Notes: a model not told the origin generated them from the letters alone. DNA of 64,000 bases from Candidatus Omnitrophota bacterium (GCA_041650295.1 JBAZLM010000003.1:66933-130932), one strand, 5' to 3'. Positions 31,801-39,590 are shown, numbered from the stretch's first letter. Numbers and translations: made by a program.

Positions 31801-32979
31801 AATGGCCACCGCTCCGGCTTGATTCAAATTTAAATCACCAATGACATTAATATTGGCTAAAGTCGAAGCTCCTGAAGATTGAATAGTGATATCACCAGAA
31901 GTAGTCGTAGAGATAGTCGTACCCGCAGCCTGATTAAATGCACCAACGCCATCTAAATCATAATCAGCTAATAACGATAAATCACCGGAATCAGCCGCTA
32001 TATCCGCGCTTACCTTAATATCATTATTAGCGGCTAAAGTAGCCTCTCCGGTAATATTCAATTTAGCATTAACCTTAATGGATTCATCACTGGATATTAA
32101 AATTTTACCATTTGCTCCGGCATCCAGGGTGCCAGAGGCAACCACATCTGCTCCGGTAGCCACAATCCGAATGGCGTCCCCTACCTTAATTACTTGATTT
32201 GCCCGCACTACTCCGGTTTGATTAACCGCTTGCTTAAAGATATTTTTAGCAGTTTTAACCGTCATAAACACTTGAGCTGCAGCAATCGTACCAGAGTTAG
32301 CAACAGCTTCTTCTAAAGTAACTCCATTGCTATCACAAACCTGACCACTGGTAGCTTGATTAATCTCAACCTGGATTAAACCCATTTGGTCAAAACTAAC
32401 CGTAGCTTTATCCCCAGAAGCCAGGTGTGCAGTTCCCGCATATGCGGTAATTATACCTATATTATTTACGGCACTACCAATCAAAGCCACTGTATTAGTA
32501 GCTAAATTACCTTCATTCAAAATTTGAGAGTAAGGTGAATTGGCATTGTGTTCAAAGATATAATTACCATTAATAAAATTATTGGTAGTGATATTTAAGG
32601 TAGAAGCGATAAAACGATTTACTTGTACATTAGCATTTGGTCCAAAATGAATACCATTAGGATTAACCAAAACTAACATTCCGTTTGCATAAAGCGAACC
32701 AAAAATTTGGCTAGCCGCATTTCCAATGACTCTACTTAAAACGCTAGCATCATTTGATGGCTGAATAAAATTTACAATTTCATTTTGCGCAATGTTAAAA
32801 GAATTAAAATTAATTACGGTTTGATTGCTGGCAGTAATGTTTAAAGTATTGGCATTGATCTGTTCAAAAGTGGCAGAACCGGATTCCACAGTTTGACCTT
32901 GCGGCAAAGCAAAAAGCAATTGGCCGCAGCTCAAAGAAAAAATTAAAGTTAAGATTATAGTAAAAATTATTTTTTTCAT
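25813..32979 (-). CDS. Giant two-partner-secretion exoprotein (TpsA/filamentous-hemagglutinin-like adhesin), 2388 aa
   Basis: Signal peptide plus TPS secretion domain (VLSRVIG ... LVNPNGIHFG). A long 15-residue GG.FN..V.N...I. repeat lattice follows. VPVF..GDLDVAANW units occur four times. There are four MBG-type repeats (KPVTVTA..KVYG..DP..TYT) and a Pro/Val-rich C-terminus. Confidence 0.8.
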   Translation of the reverse strand: MKKIIFTIILTLIFSLSCGQLLFALPQGQTVESGSATFEQINANTLNITASNQTVINFNSFNIAQNEIVNFIQPSNDASVLSRVIGNAASQIFGSLYANGMLVLVNPNGIHFGPNANVQVNRFIASTLNITTNNFINGNYIFEHNANSPYSQILNEGNLATNTVALIGSAVNNIGIITAYAGTAHLASGDKATVSFDQMGLIQVEINQATSGQVCDSNGVTLEEAVANSGTIAAAQVFMTVKTAKNIFKQAVNQTGVVRANQVIKVGDAIRIVATGADVVASGTLDAGANGKILISSDESIKVNAKLNITGEATLAANNDIKVSADIAADSGDLSLLADYDLDGVGAFNQAAGTTISTTTSGDITIQSSGASTLANINVIGDLNLNQAGAVAIYNQQDNSQVRTAGSLYIGKGVTLNAANTEYSISRNWANSGLFNAGTSTVNLVSSQDANVLGANIFYNFNVTEPGKIVRFDTENPQAILNNLNLKGSYGNLLTLTSIDPLKQWSLNAQGESDIQYALVSNLLNIRAPPLKIIHSSSLGNNTNLDLDPFWTGNGATNNWSDANNWDTGTTPTEYDIVTFDGVTGNNPNKDSIVDAAFQGTIDDLNINGYTSTLTLARDLALRGNFNHQTGTFDAATYTVSFIDASKVSIISGNNTFYNLVCTTPGKIIKFEAGKTQTILNNLRIEGASGNLIRVSSTEAGSQWMVNALDQTKVNLTYIYVQDGNNVANYLMPMTLSLKGTNNSNWDLDYVWTGAIDGDLGKPGNYTCGGLVAEVVPTNTDTLTIPWLGDEANYPSSGTSNALLTTNNGNIFGGIFNGEVVNNGNISDDLEVGIFFKGKFTAHSGHIYGATFTGDFIWEGGSQFIIDIAGITSLTIASGATWDGAVFSLSGLGNNKFAISAPVTNNGTITGGGFSNTVLNNPSGTITGGGFLGVVTNDGTITGGDFYQTVIGANGIQSGINKSAVPVFTAEEGDLNNPDTWSWTMDGHSYTTEVLPEIEFANFGVIIAGQTSVRIDNYGSIMNGVYGGIINNSGLIGDGTFSGVVTNLMGIWGGTFAQALTNTGLIFGGTFNGVVTNNIAIGGGVFNSAVVNTYLIAGGVFNAAVTNDYYIQYGVFNNTVINNYYIQDGQFFGVVTNNSSIAGGNFYRTVGGYGIGDGTNKSDVPVFNGGDLDVAANWSVNGEPLSALPIDEAEVANSGIITGGSYSGEYFFNYNIIDGGEISGLIYNAGYIYSGEFNGLIANVGMISGGTFNNQVMGGSYELGGETYDSDQLINAGTISGGIFDGPVINIADIEDGVFFGVVTNTGAIAGGNFYQSVDGDIGGGIDKSAVPVFNGGDLDVAANWTINGATIEVLPSTGEAANIGTIMSGSTATDLDNYGTINGGTFTGTVTNQVGGIISAGVINGDFVQNDGLGPYNYTWTGAEDGNLNNVGNYSGGNGVPVSDDTLTIPDAGKINYPSEGTSNAGTLTNNGSILGGTFNGTVTNYGSVSISDDEGIVLIFQGTFINDGGEVSDGAYVGDFIWVSGSVGGLGLVPSNTKTLTIGAGNEWMGIETLGSYSMENGIFNVARPVINNGTINDGGFTGTVLNNGTINGGGFSGVVTNNGTVTGGNFYQIVLGTPVPVGSDKHLVPVFTGWFASPTVPSNWSVNGVVQETVPDYTVEFGNFALIGEGTFSAHIDNYYGIAAGTYNGTINSIAPLASGTFNAAIINNGAILDGTFNAEVVNNMYILGGIFNGEIVNNGVIIGGTFNGDVEYIGVTEQDVFPATYNANLILTGNCVFNIYSDTIVVGNLSIASGAQVNIADGAEISIDMLTLGEIGQVNGTWGITGSGATHENDVYFTIGTGVFNVITSAIKPTLTITANSASKIYGSTLTFAGTEFTAVGLVGSDTLNSVTLTSVGAASGANVNSYSIVPSDAVGTGLSNYNIVYENGSLTVNTKPVTVTANAQTKVYGASDPTLTYTATALVGEDVYTGALTRAVGTNVGDYAIGQGTLTAGSNYTITFVPANLTISAKPVTVTANAGQSKVYGAADPVFTYTADTLVGLDTYSGALSRAAGTDVGSYAINQGTLTAGTNYDITFVSANFTIAPKSVTVIADAQTKVYGAVDPIFTYTPSEAISFTGALARAAGETVTAGPYAINQGTLSAGSNYSINFVGANLTITTKPLTITADNVTKTFGDNLNFTGTEFTSSGLINSDLISSVTLTSSGAAASAGVNQSPYSIVASAAEGTGLSNYAITYQPGSLAINQSLTIMQGESVLYVSNLPTPLNISVPVFISTGVVPAVPMAMPIPVSAPLIIPMGVTPVFVNPAILPVTMPVIADVSNLSYSKQNFISNQSPEITNRLMFPHGSGIIPPGGMGVIPLGAEKPLAKPNLQQDKKSTDQEVFN

Positions 32980-33179
32980 TTTAGTATTGCTTCCTTTGGA
33001 AATGTGCCCACAAAGTTTGAACGAATTCCATATTTATCTTCCAAGAAAACTCGGCATAAATAATTCAAGATATCACTAACATCTTTATTAGATTCCATAG
33101 AAATAAACTTAATATGCTCTTCTATTTCTTTGGTGGTTCTAAATCCCAGGAATCCGTTTTGTTTTTTGATTTTGTTCAT
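32976..33179 (-). CDS. Small protein, paralog 1 (possible RHH-like DNA-binding)
   Basis: 67 aa starting at MNKIKKQNGFLGFRTTKEIEEHIKF, with a GGAGGA Shine-Dalgarno sequence. It is 60-70% identical to the 33379-33582 product. The beta-alpha-alpha pattern suggests ribbon-helix-helix. Confidence 0.45.
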   Translation of the reverse strand: MNKIKKQNGFLGFRTTKEIEEHIKFISMESNKDVSDILNYLCRVFLEDKYGIRSNFVGTFPKEAILK

Positions 33180-33378
33180 CTCTTTCCTCCGACAGCTAAA
33201 GTATAACATATGTTTAACAGTTGTCAAGGTTGACAGATAAAATATTTTTGTTAATACCATAATTATTTATTAATGTAAGTTGTTGAATACCAACGATTTA
33301 AAACATAGGTAGGTTTAAATTAGTTAAATCTTTTAAAAAATTTGAAAAAATTTTATCGAGGAGAAATAAACTACTCTC

Positions 33379-33582
33379 TTACTTCTTGGCTGCGGGCTTA
33401 GTTGGTTTACCAGTGAAATTCGAACGGATGGAGTATTCGTCTTTTAAAAATAAACGACAAAGATAATTTAAGGTGCCACTAATTTCTTTATCACATTCTG
33501 CAGATAGCGACTTCATACTAGTTTCAATTTGTTTGGTCGTACGAAATCCCAAGAAACCATCTTGCTTTTTGATCTTCTTCAT
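33379..33582 (-). CDS. Small protein, paralog 2 (possible RHH-like DNA-binding)
   Basis: 67 aa, MKKIKKQDGFLGFRTTKQIETSMKSLSAECDKEISGTLNYLCRLFL. Paralog of the upstream small ORF. Confidence 0.45.
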   Translation of the reverse strand: MKKIKKQDGFLGFRTTKQIETSMKSLSAECDKEISGTLNYLCRLFLKDEYSIRSNFTGKPTKPAAKK

Positions 33583-33594
33583 ATCTTTTTAACT

Positions 33595-35349
33595 TTATAT
33601 TTCAGCTTGAAAAGTTAAATAAAATGTAGATGGTCCTGATCCACTAACCGGTTGGTCTCCTCCAATGGCTTTAGCCCATTGCGCTTTTACAGAACAACCG
33701 GTAAAATTTAATTGCACACCCCCACCAACACCCGCTAAAAATTGATCCGGCATTTCTCCGGGAATTACTTTTCTTAATTTTCCACCACCGCAATCTACAA
33801 AAATTAAAGGTTGAATTTGATAACGCAAAGGAACTTTTTGATTATTTAATTTCCAATCTTTGGGAATTAAATACATGGGAAAAATCCACTCTGTAGCTAA
33901 GTAACCACCAATGTCTGCTAAATAGTCACCTTCCGGATAACCTCTTACGGAATAAGCACCACCAATCTGAATCTGTTCAGAAGCCGGTAAGGTACAAGAT
34001 GCAGCCTGAAACTGAGAACGCATGGAAAGATAGCTACCAAAAGGCATCCTTTGTGTACGATTTAAAGTTTGATCATATTTAAAAAATGATCCCCCCGAAC
34101 CAGTACGACTGGCCAAAGAATTACCGCGTGAAGAAGATCCTAAGAAACCACTGGAACTAAAAGAAAATTTAGGAGAAAAACTAGTTTGTCCGGTAGTATC
34201 CTGCTTAGTAAAATCAAAACCAAACCAGGGAAGGCGCAGTTGATCATCAGAGGTCTTCTCTCCAGCTGTTTTTTGCACAATAGACTTAATATCAATACCT
34301 AAATTAAAATCAGCCTGATAATCTTCTCTTAAAGCTAACTCCCAAGATAAGCGAGGTGTATAAATCTGAGTTTGACCGGTAATATCTTGTGGCCCATACT
34401 CTTTCCCTAGCCTCATCTTAAAATAAGTAGTATCAAAGTAAAATTTTGTTCCATTGGTCCCTATTGGCAGCCCATAACTAATCGACTGACCAAAAGTATC
34501 GCGACTTAATAATGATACAGAGAATAACGAATCTGCATTACCAGTTAAATTAGAGGTGCGTAAAGTAAAGGAAGTGCGGTACTGACCGGTGAGTCGAGTT
34601 CCCTGATTATCCTCTCCTATGCCAATATGCCAGGGAAGCTTGTCTTTTACTTGCAAAACAATATCTGAGGATTGCGGATCTTGACCAGCAGAGATAACCG
34701 TTTTAACCTCTAAATCTGAACTTTGATTTAAACGTAAAACATCTCTTTGTAATTCATTAATGTTTAGAATTTGGTTTTTTTTTGAGTGGAAGAATCTTTC
34801 AATTAAATCGGAAGAAAACCATTTATTACCCTCAATTTTCAAATTTCCCATCTTGCCTTCGGCTACTCTAATCTCTACCTGGCCATCTTTAATATCCTGA
34901 GGAGGAATATAGGCACTAGTAGTAAGATAACCTTTTTTAGCATAAACAGATTCCATCGCTTTCATTACTGTTTCCAAATCTTGAAAGGTTATCTCTTTAT
35001 TAAGGTAAGGCTGATAAATTGAACTAAACTCTTCCGGTTTAAAAATAGTAGACCCGGTAATCACAATTTTCTTTAAGAAAAATGGTACGCTCGGTAAAGC
35101 GGTAATTCCCGGCCGAGTAGGAACTTCAATCACCGGAGTTTTAGCTTTTTGCTGCAGTTGAGTTTTTTGACGTTCGGCTTGCGCTTTAAAACGCTCTGCT
35201 TCAGCTCCCACGCTTTGCCCGGTTGGTGGCGCAGCAAAAGCAAAAGAAGAGATAAAAATAAAGGTTAAATTAAATAATATTGTTTTAAGCAGAAAACCCG
35301 GAAGATTTTTTGATTTACGTTTATACATAATTTTATTAGGTAATGGCAC
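33595..35349 (-). CDS. ShlB/FhaC/HecB family two-partner-secretion transporter (TpsB)
   Basis: 584 aa. Signal peptide, POTRA region and a beta-barrel with the conserved motif GGAYSVRGYPEGD. Confidence 0.8.
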   Translation of the reverse strand: MPLPNKIMYKRKSKNLPGFLLKTILFNLTFIFISSFAFAAPPTGQSVGAEAERFKAQAERQKTQLQQKAKTPVIEVPTRPGITALPSVPFFLKKIVITGSTIFKPEEFSSIYQPYLNKEITFQDLETVMKAMESVYAKKGYLTTSAYIPPQDIKDGQVEIRVAEGKMGNLKIEGNKWFSSDLIERFFHSKKNQILNINELQRDVLRLNQSSDLEVKTVISAGQDPQSSDIVLQVKDKLPWHIGIGEDNQGTRLTGQYRTSFTLRTSNLTGNADSLFSVSLLSRDTFGQSISYGLPIGTNGTKFYFDTTYFKMRLGKEYGPQDITGQTQIYTPRLSWELALREDYQADFNLGIDIKSIVQKTAGEKTSDDQLRLPWFGFDFTKQDTTGQTSFSPKFSFSSSGFLGSSSRGNSLASRTGSGGSFFKYDQTLNRTQRMPFGSYLSMRSQFQAASCTLPASEQIQIGGAYSVRGYPEGDYLADIGGYLATEWIFPMYLIPKDWKLNNQKVPLRYQIQPLIFVDCGGGKLRKVIPGEMPDQFLAGVGGGVQLNFTGCSVKAQWAKAIGGDQPVSGSGPSTFYLTFQAEI

Positions 35350-35428
35350 TACGCTCGCTACGGCACTTGTCGTGCCGTTTTACGCTCGTTTTAGTGCCAT
35401 TTAATTTTTGCTTGTCGCAAAAATTAAA

Positions 35429-35501
35429 TGGAGCTGAGGAGGATCGAACTCCTGACCCTTTGCATGCCATGCAAATGCTCTCCCAGCTGAGCTACAGCCC
35501 C
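35429..35501 (-). tRNA. tRNA-Ala (GGC)
   Basis: Cloverleaf GGGGCTG / GCTCAGCTGGGAGAGC / anticodon loop ATGGCAT / GGGTCAGGAGTTCGATCCTCCT / CAGCTCC-A. The G3:U70 Ala identity pair is present. Confidence 0.8.
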
Positions 35502-35554
35502 AAAATTTATCTATTGACCTTTGCTATTTTAGAATATAAAATGCTTAACGTCAA

Positions 35555-35599
35555 CCCCGTTAGAAATACAAAATTATAATAGCATAATTTCTAACGGGG
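35555..35599. repeat. Hairpin repeat copy 3 (ccccgttagaaat ... atttctaacgggg)
   Basis: 13-bp perfect inverted repeat with a 19-nt loop, lying between the divergent tRNA-Ala and tRNA-Leu. Confidence 0.8.
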
Positions 35600-35616
35600 T
35601 CAACTTAAAAATCTAT

Positions 35617-35699
35617 GCCGGGATGGCGAAATGGCATACGCGGCAGCCTCAAAAGCTGCTGAGCGCAAGTTCATGTGGGTTCAACTCCCTCTCCCGGTA
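35617..35699 (+). tRNA. tRNA-Leu (CAA), type II with long variable arm
   Basis: Acceptor stem GCCGGGA/TCCCGGT. D-arm GCGAAATGGCATACGC. Anticodon stem-loop GCAGC-CTCAAAA-GCTGC. T-loop GGTTCAACTCC. One apparent mismatch remains in my T-stem parse. Confidence 0.55.
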
Positions 35700-35707
35700 T
35701 TTTTTTA

Positions 35708-36367
35708 ATGAAACAAAATATTAATCACAACTGGAATTCAAATTTAGCTTACGCTATCGGCCTTATAGCGACTGATGGAAATTTATCAAAAGACAAAAGG
35801 CATATCCTCTTTACGACAACTGACCTGCAATTAGCAAATACATTCAAAAAGTGTCTAAACATTAAAAATAAAATAATAATCACTTCTCCAAGCGGTTTCG
35901 GAAAGAAACGCGCTTATAGAATAAATTTTGGAAATGTAAAATTATATCAATGGTTGCAAACAATAGGGCTGATGCCTAAAAAAACAATGTTAATGGGTAA
36001 ATTAGATATTCCAGATAAATATTTCGTTGATTTCTTAAGGGGTCACCTTGATGGTGACGGCTCTATTTTTACTTATACCGATAAATACATGAAATACAAA
36101 GAAAAAAAGTATACTTATTTCAGATTATACACTAAGTTTATCTCAGCTAGTTTTATCCAAATTAGCTGGATTAGAGAAAAAATTAAAGAAATATTAAATA
36201 TACAAGGATCATTAACTCACTATCTTAAAATAAATAGAAAATTTCCTATTTGGCAACTTCGTTTTGCTAAAAATGATTCTTTAAAACTTCTATCCTGGCT
36301 CTACTACAAACCCAATCTGCCTTGTTTAAATCGTAAAAGAAAAATTGCACTACGTTTTATTAAGTAA
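35708..36367 (+). CDS. Free-standing double-motif LAGLIDADG homing endonuclease
   Basis: Two LAGLIDADG motifs are present (LAYAIGLIATDGNL and FLRGHLDGDGSI). It is 219 aa long and starts 9 nt after tRNA-Leu. Confidence 0.8.
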   Translation: MKQNINHNWNSNLAYAIGLIATDGNLSKDKRHILFTTTDLQLANTFKKCLNIKNKIIITSPSGFGKKRAYRINFGNVKLYQWLQTIGLMPKKTMLMGKLDIPDKYFVDFLRGHLDGDGSIFTYTDKYMKYKEKKYTYFRLYTKFISASFIQISWIREKIKEILNIQGSLTHYLKINRKFPIWQLRFAKNDSLKLLSWLYYKPNLPCLNRKRKIALRFIK

Positions 36368-36376
36368 ATTTTTTAT

Positions 36377-36982
36377 TTATTTAATATACGCTGCAATTCC
36401 CTGATAGATGCGCTTAGCTACTATTTTATATCCGCGCCCGTTAGGATGAAAGAAATCACTTTTCATCGACGGATTAGTAATAATACGATTTAAAACTGTG
36501 GGTATGAATATTGCCTTTTTTTCAGTAGCTAATTTCTTAAAAACTCCTCGATAATCCATAAAGAACATTCCCGCGCTAATATCTACTAAAGCCACCATCG
36601 CACCCTTTTGCTGGATACGATCAATCATCTTACTTAAATTTTTTACTGTTTCCTCTATAGTTATTTTTTTAAGAAAATCGTTTCCGCAAAATTCTACAAT
36701 CACTAAACGAGGATTCTTACTTAATACATCAGATTCTAATCGTTCTAAAGCCGCAAAAGTGGTATCTCCATCGACCCCCGCATTAATCACCGGCAGCTTC
36801 ACCATTGTCCTTAACACAGTAGGATAATCTTCACCTTGGTTAGCCCCGTAACCAAAAGTAATGCTGTCGCCAAAACAAATAATATTCCCACCCTTAGCAT
36901 CAATATTTTTTATTTCGGGCTTAAAACATCCGGACGATAAAATACTTAAAATTATTAAAATGTACTTAAATTTGTTCTTCAT
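36377..36982 (-). CDS. SGNH/GDSL hydrolase family lipoprotein (arylesterase-like)
   Basis: Lipobox LSSGC. GDSL block ICFGDSIT. A Gly block and a DxxH catalytic triad are present. Confidence 0.75.
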   Translation of the reverse strand: MKNKFKYILIILSILSSGCFKPEIKNIDAKGGNIICFGDSITFGYGANQGEDYPTVLRTMVKLPVINAGVDGDTTFAALERLESDVLSKNPRLVIVEFCGNDFLKKITIEETVKNLSKMIDRIQQKGAMVALVDISAGMFFMDYRGVFKKLATEKKAIFIPTVLNRIITNPSMKSDFFHPNGRGYKIVAKRIYQGIAAYIK

Positions 36983-38000
36983 GTCTTAATCTCAATTGGC
37001 CACAAGCTGCGGCAATATCCTGTCCCCGTTCTTTTCTTAAAGTAACATTAATTCCAGATTTAAATAAATAGTCTCTAAAAGCAATTACATCTGATGTTGG
37101 CGGGGGAGCAATCTTTAATTCCGCAATTGTATTGGCGGGAATTAAGTTCACTTTAGCTAATCGTAAATCTTTTAAAAGAGTAACTAAATTTTGTGCCGCC
37201 GCATGGCTAGCATTAAACCCCTTAATTAAAATATACTCAAAAGTAATCTGGCGATTAGTTTTAGCCGTATATTCATGGCAACATTTAATTAACATCTCTA
37301 AAGGATACTTGCGATTTACGGGCATAATTTGGTCGCGGCTTTTATCATCAGCAGCATGCAAGGATATCGAAAGTTCAATCTGCAAATCTTCCGACTCTAA
37401 TTTCTTTATTGCCGGAATAATTCCACAGGTTGAGATTGTAATACGCCGAGCCCCGATATTAAAAGCTTCTGGTGAATTAATAATCCTAATTGCCGTTAAA
37501 ACATTTTCATAATTATCCAACGGCTCACCGGTTCCCATGAATACAATGTGGGTAAGATCGACATCAACGGTGTTATTTTTCAAGTAAAGAACTTCATCTA
37601 AAATTTCCGCTACCGTTAAATTGCGCTTAAAACCATTTAAACCACTGGCACAAAACTGACAAGCAAATTTACAACCCACTTGCGAAGATAAACAACCAGT
37701 GACCCGTCGAGCAGCCGGAATACTCACCGCTTCAATTAAATTTTTATCCTCTAATTCAAAAAGAAATTTAGTTGTCCCATCTTTAGATTTCTGTAAATCT
37801 GCTAAACTTAAACCTAGAATATTAAACTCTTGGCTTAACCTTGTCCTCAAAGCCACCGGCAGATTACTCATTTTATCAAAATCAACAATCCCCTTTTGAT
37901 AAATCCAATTAAAAATTTGACGGGCATGGTATTTAGGAGCCTGCCAGCTAATTAATTGATCTTGGAGCTTGCTTAAGGATAACTCTTTAATATCCTGCAT
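36966..38000 (-). CDS. rlmN: 23S rRNA/tRNA (adenine-C2)-methyltransferase RlmN (radical SAM)
   Basis: CKFACQFCASG radical-SAM cluster motif and RlmN/Cfr family architecture. Confidence 0.85.
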   Translation of the reverse strand: MQDIKELSLSKLQDQLISWQAPKYHARQIFNWIYQKGIVDFDKMSNLPVALRTRLSQEFNILGLSLADLQKSKDGTTKFLFELEDKNLIEAVSIPAARRVTGCLSSQVGCKFACQFCASGLNGFKRNLTVAEILDEVLYLKNNTVDVDLTHIVFMGTGEPLDNYENVLTAIRIINSPEAFNIGARRITISTCGIIPAIKKLESEDLQIELSISLHAADDKSRDQIMPVNRKYPLEMLIKCCHEYTAKTNRQITFEYILIKGFNASHAAAQNLVTLLKDLRLAKVNLIPANTIAELKIAPPPTSDVIAFRDYLFKSGINVTLRKERGQDIAAACGQLRLRHEEQI

Positions 38001-38008
38001 ATTTAATT

Positions 38009-39511
38009 CTACTTTCTTAATTGTTCTTTATCGATCTTACCCGTACGATTCTTAGGAAGGCTGGTACAAAATTCAAAATAATGCGGAATCTTAAAATTTG
38101 CTAAATTCTGTCTTAAAAAATAACGCAGATCTTCTTCGCTAAGCTGCTTTCCTTCTTTAATTACTAAAAATGCTTTGGGAACCTCTCCTCTTAATTTATC
38201 TGCCACCCCCACTACTGCGGCCTCAGCAATATCCGGATGTTTTTGCAAGCTAGCTTCAACTTCCGGCTCAAAGACAATCTCGCCACCCACCTTAATCATC
38301 TCTTTTTTTCTACCGACAATATAGAGATAGCCGTCCTGATCAAATTTACCTAAATCTCCGGTATGAAACCAACCACCCCGCAAGGTTTCTTTAGTTAATT
38401 TGGCATCTTTAAAATATCCGTCGGTAACCACCCAACTTTTTACCACAACCTCTCCTACCTCTCCGCAAGGTAACTCCTGGTCCGTGCCTGAAAATATTTT
38501 TACCTCTATCCAGGGAGCCGGTCGGCCCACGCTTTCAACGTTTTTTGAACCCATCGGTAAAACTACCGTCGGAGCATTGGTTTCGGTTAAGCCCCAACCA
38601 TTCAAAAGACTAGCCTTGGGACAAAACTGATGAAACCTGCGCAAAGCATCCGGAGAGTTAGATGCCCCAAAGGTAACAATCCAACGCAAACTAGATAAAT
38701 CAAAAGTTTCAAACTCTTTTAATTGTAAAAGCGCATAATACATCGAAGGCACAATCCAGAAAAAATTTATCTTATAATTCTGTACGTTCTTTAAAAATTC
38801 TAACGGGCTAAAACGCTCCATCAAGACAACTTTTAAACCAAAAGAGATCATATTCTGGATATAAATTAACCCTCCTAAATGCGAAAATGGTAAAGCACAA
38901 AGTGCAGTATCTTTGGCACTCAGATCAGAGTTCACAAAAAAAGCCATCGATTTAGGCGGAGCATCTAATTGCGCATAATTAATTAAAACTCCTTTGGGTT
39001 TACCCGTGGTACCAGAAGTATAAAAAATTATGGCATAATCTTTTTCATTAATTTTTACCTGCGGAGCCGAACTTGATCCTTCGGCCAAAAGTTTTTCATA
39101 ACTTAAACTCAAGCTATCCTCTGATTGACAGGAGATAATATTTTTTAATGAAGGTAGTCTGGCCTTAAGATTAGCAAATGAAATATTAGCTTTATGTTTA
39201 GTAATTAGTAACTTAGTTTCAGAATGATCTAGGCAGGAAACAATCTCTTCTTCGGTAAGCATAAAATCTAAAGGCACACTACAAGCCCCCACTGACCAGA
39301 TCGCTAAATAACTAATCACATACTCCGGCCAATTAGGCAAATAGATCGCTACTTTATCCTGCGGCTTAACTCCCAACTTAATTAAACTTTGCGCAAATGA
39401 AAATACTTTATCTTTTAATTGAGAAAAAGAGATCTCATCCTGACGAAAAATAATCGCCGGTTTATTGGCATACTCTTTGGCACAATTTTCTAAAACATTA
39501 ATTACTTTCAC
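38009..39511 (-). CDS. AMP-dependent synthetase / long-chain fatty-acid-CoA ligase family
   Basis: AMP-binding motif YTSGTTGKPKGV and the acyl-CoA synthetase C-terminal domain. GTG start. Confidence 0.8.
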   Translation of the reverse strand: MKVINVLENCAKEYANKPAIIFRQDEISFSQLKDKVFSFAQSLIKLGVKPQDKVAIYLPNWPEYVISYLAIWSVGACSVPLDFMLTEEEIVSCLDHSETKLLITKHKANISFANLKARLPSLKNIISCQSEDSLSLSYEKLLAEGSSSAPQVKINEKDYAIIFYTSGTTGKPKGVLINYAQLDAPPKSMAFFVNSDLSAKDTALCALPFSHLGGLIYIQNMISFGLKVVLMERFSPLEFLKNVQNYKINFFWIVPSMYYALLQLKEFETFDLSSLRWIVTFGASNSPDALRRFHQFCPKASLLNGWGLTETNAPTVVLPMGSKNVESVGRPAPWIEVKIFSGTDQELPCGEVGEVVVKSWVVTDGYFKDAKLTKETLRGGWFHTGDLGKFDQDGYLYIVGRKKEMIKVGGEIVFEPEVEASLQKHPDIAEAAVVGVADKLRGEVPKAFLVIKEGKQLSEEDLRYFLRQNLANFKIPHYFEFCTSLPKNRTGKIDKEQLRK

Positions 39512-39590
39512 CCCGCACCTTCTTCCCTATTTAATTTCTACCCCATCACTTCTTATTCTATCAATACAAAGAAGGTGTGGGGTTCATTTA
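39512..39590 (-). promoter_or_regulatory. Conserved hairpin leader (copy 1) pairing the Shine-Dalgarno sequence of the downstream GTG-start gene
   Basis: On the mRNA strand, ccccacaccttctt ... gggaagaaggtgcggg|GTG. Stem of 12-14 bp. A paralogous element lies at 48085-48157. Confidence 0.5.

Noticed and set aside
25813-32979. Possible CRISPR array suggested by periodic DNA repeats
   Set aside because: The repeats are long (hundreds of bp) and imperfect. They sit in-frame inside a coding sequence, and no cas genes are nearby. They are protein-coding tandem repeats.
35343-35579. 78-aa plus-strand ORF
   Set aside because: It overlaps tRNA-Ala on the opposite strand and the hairpin repeat. It has no Shine-Dalgarno sequence.
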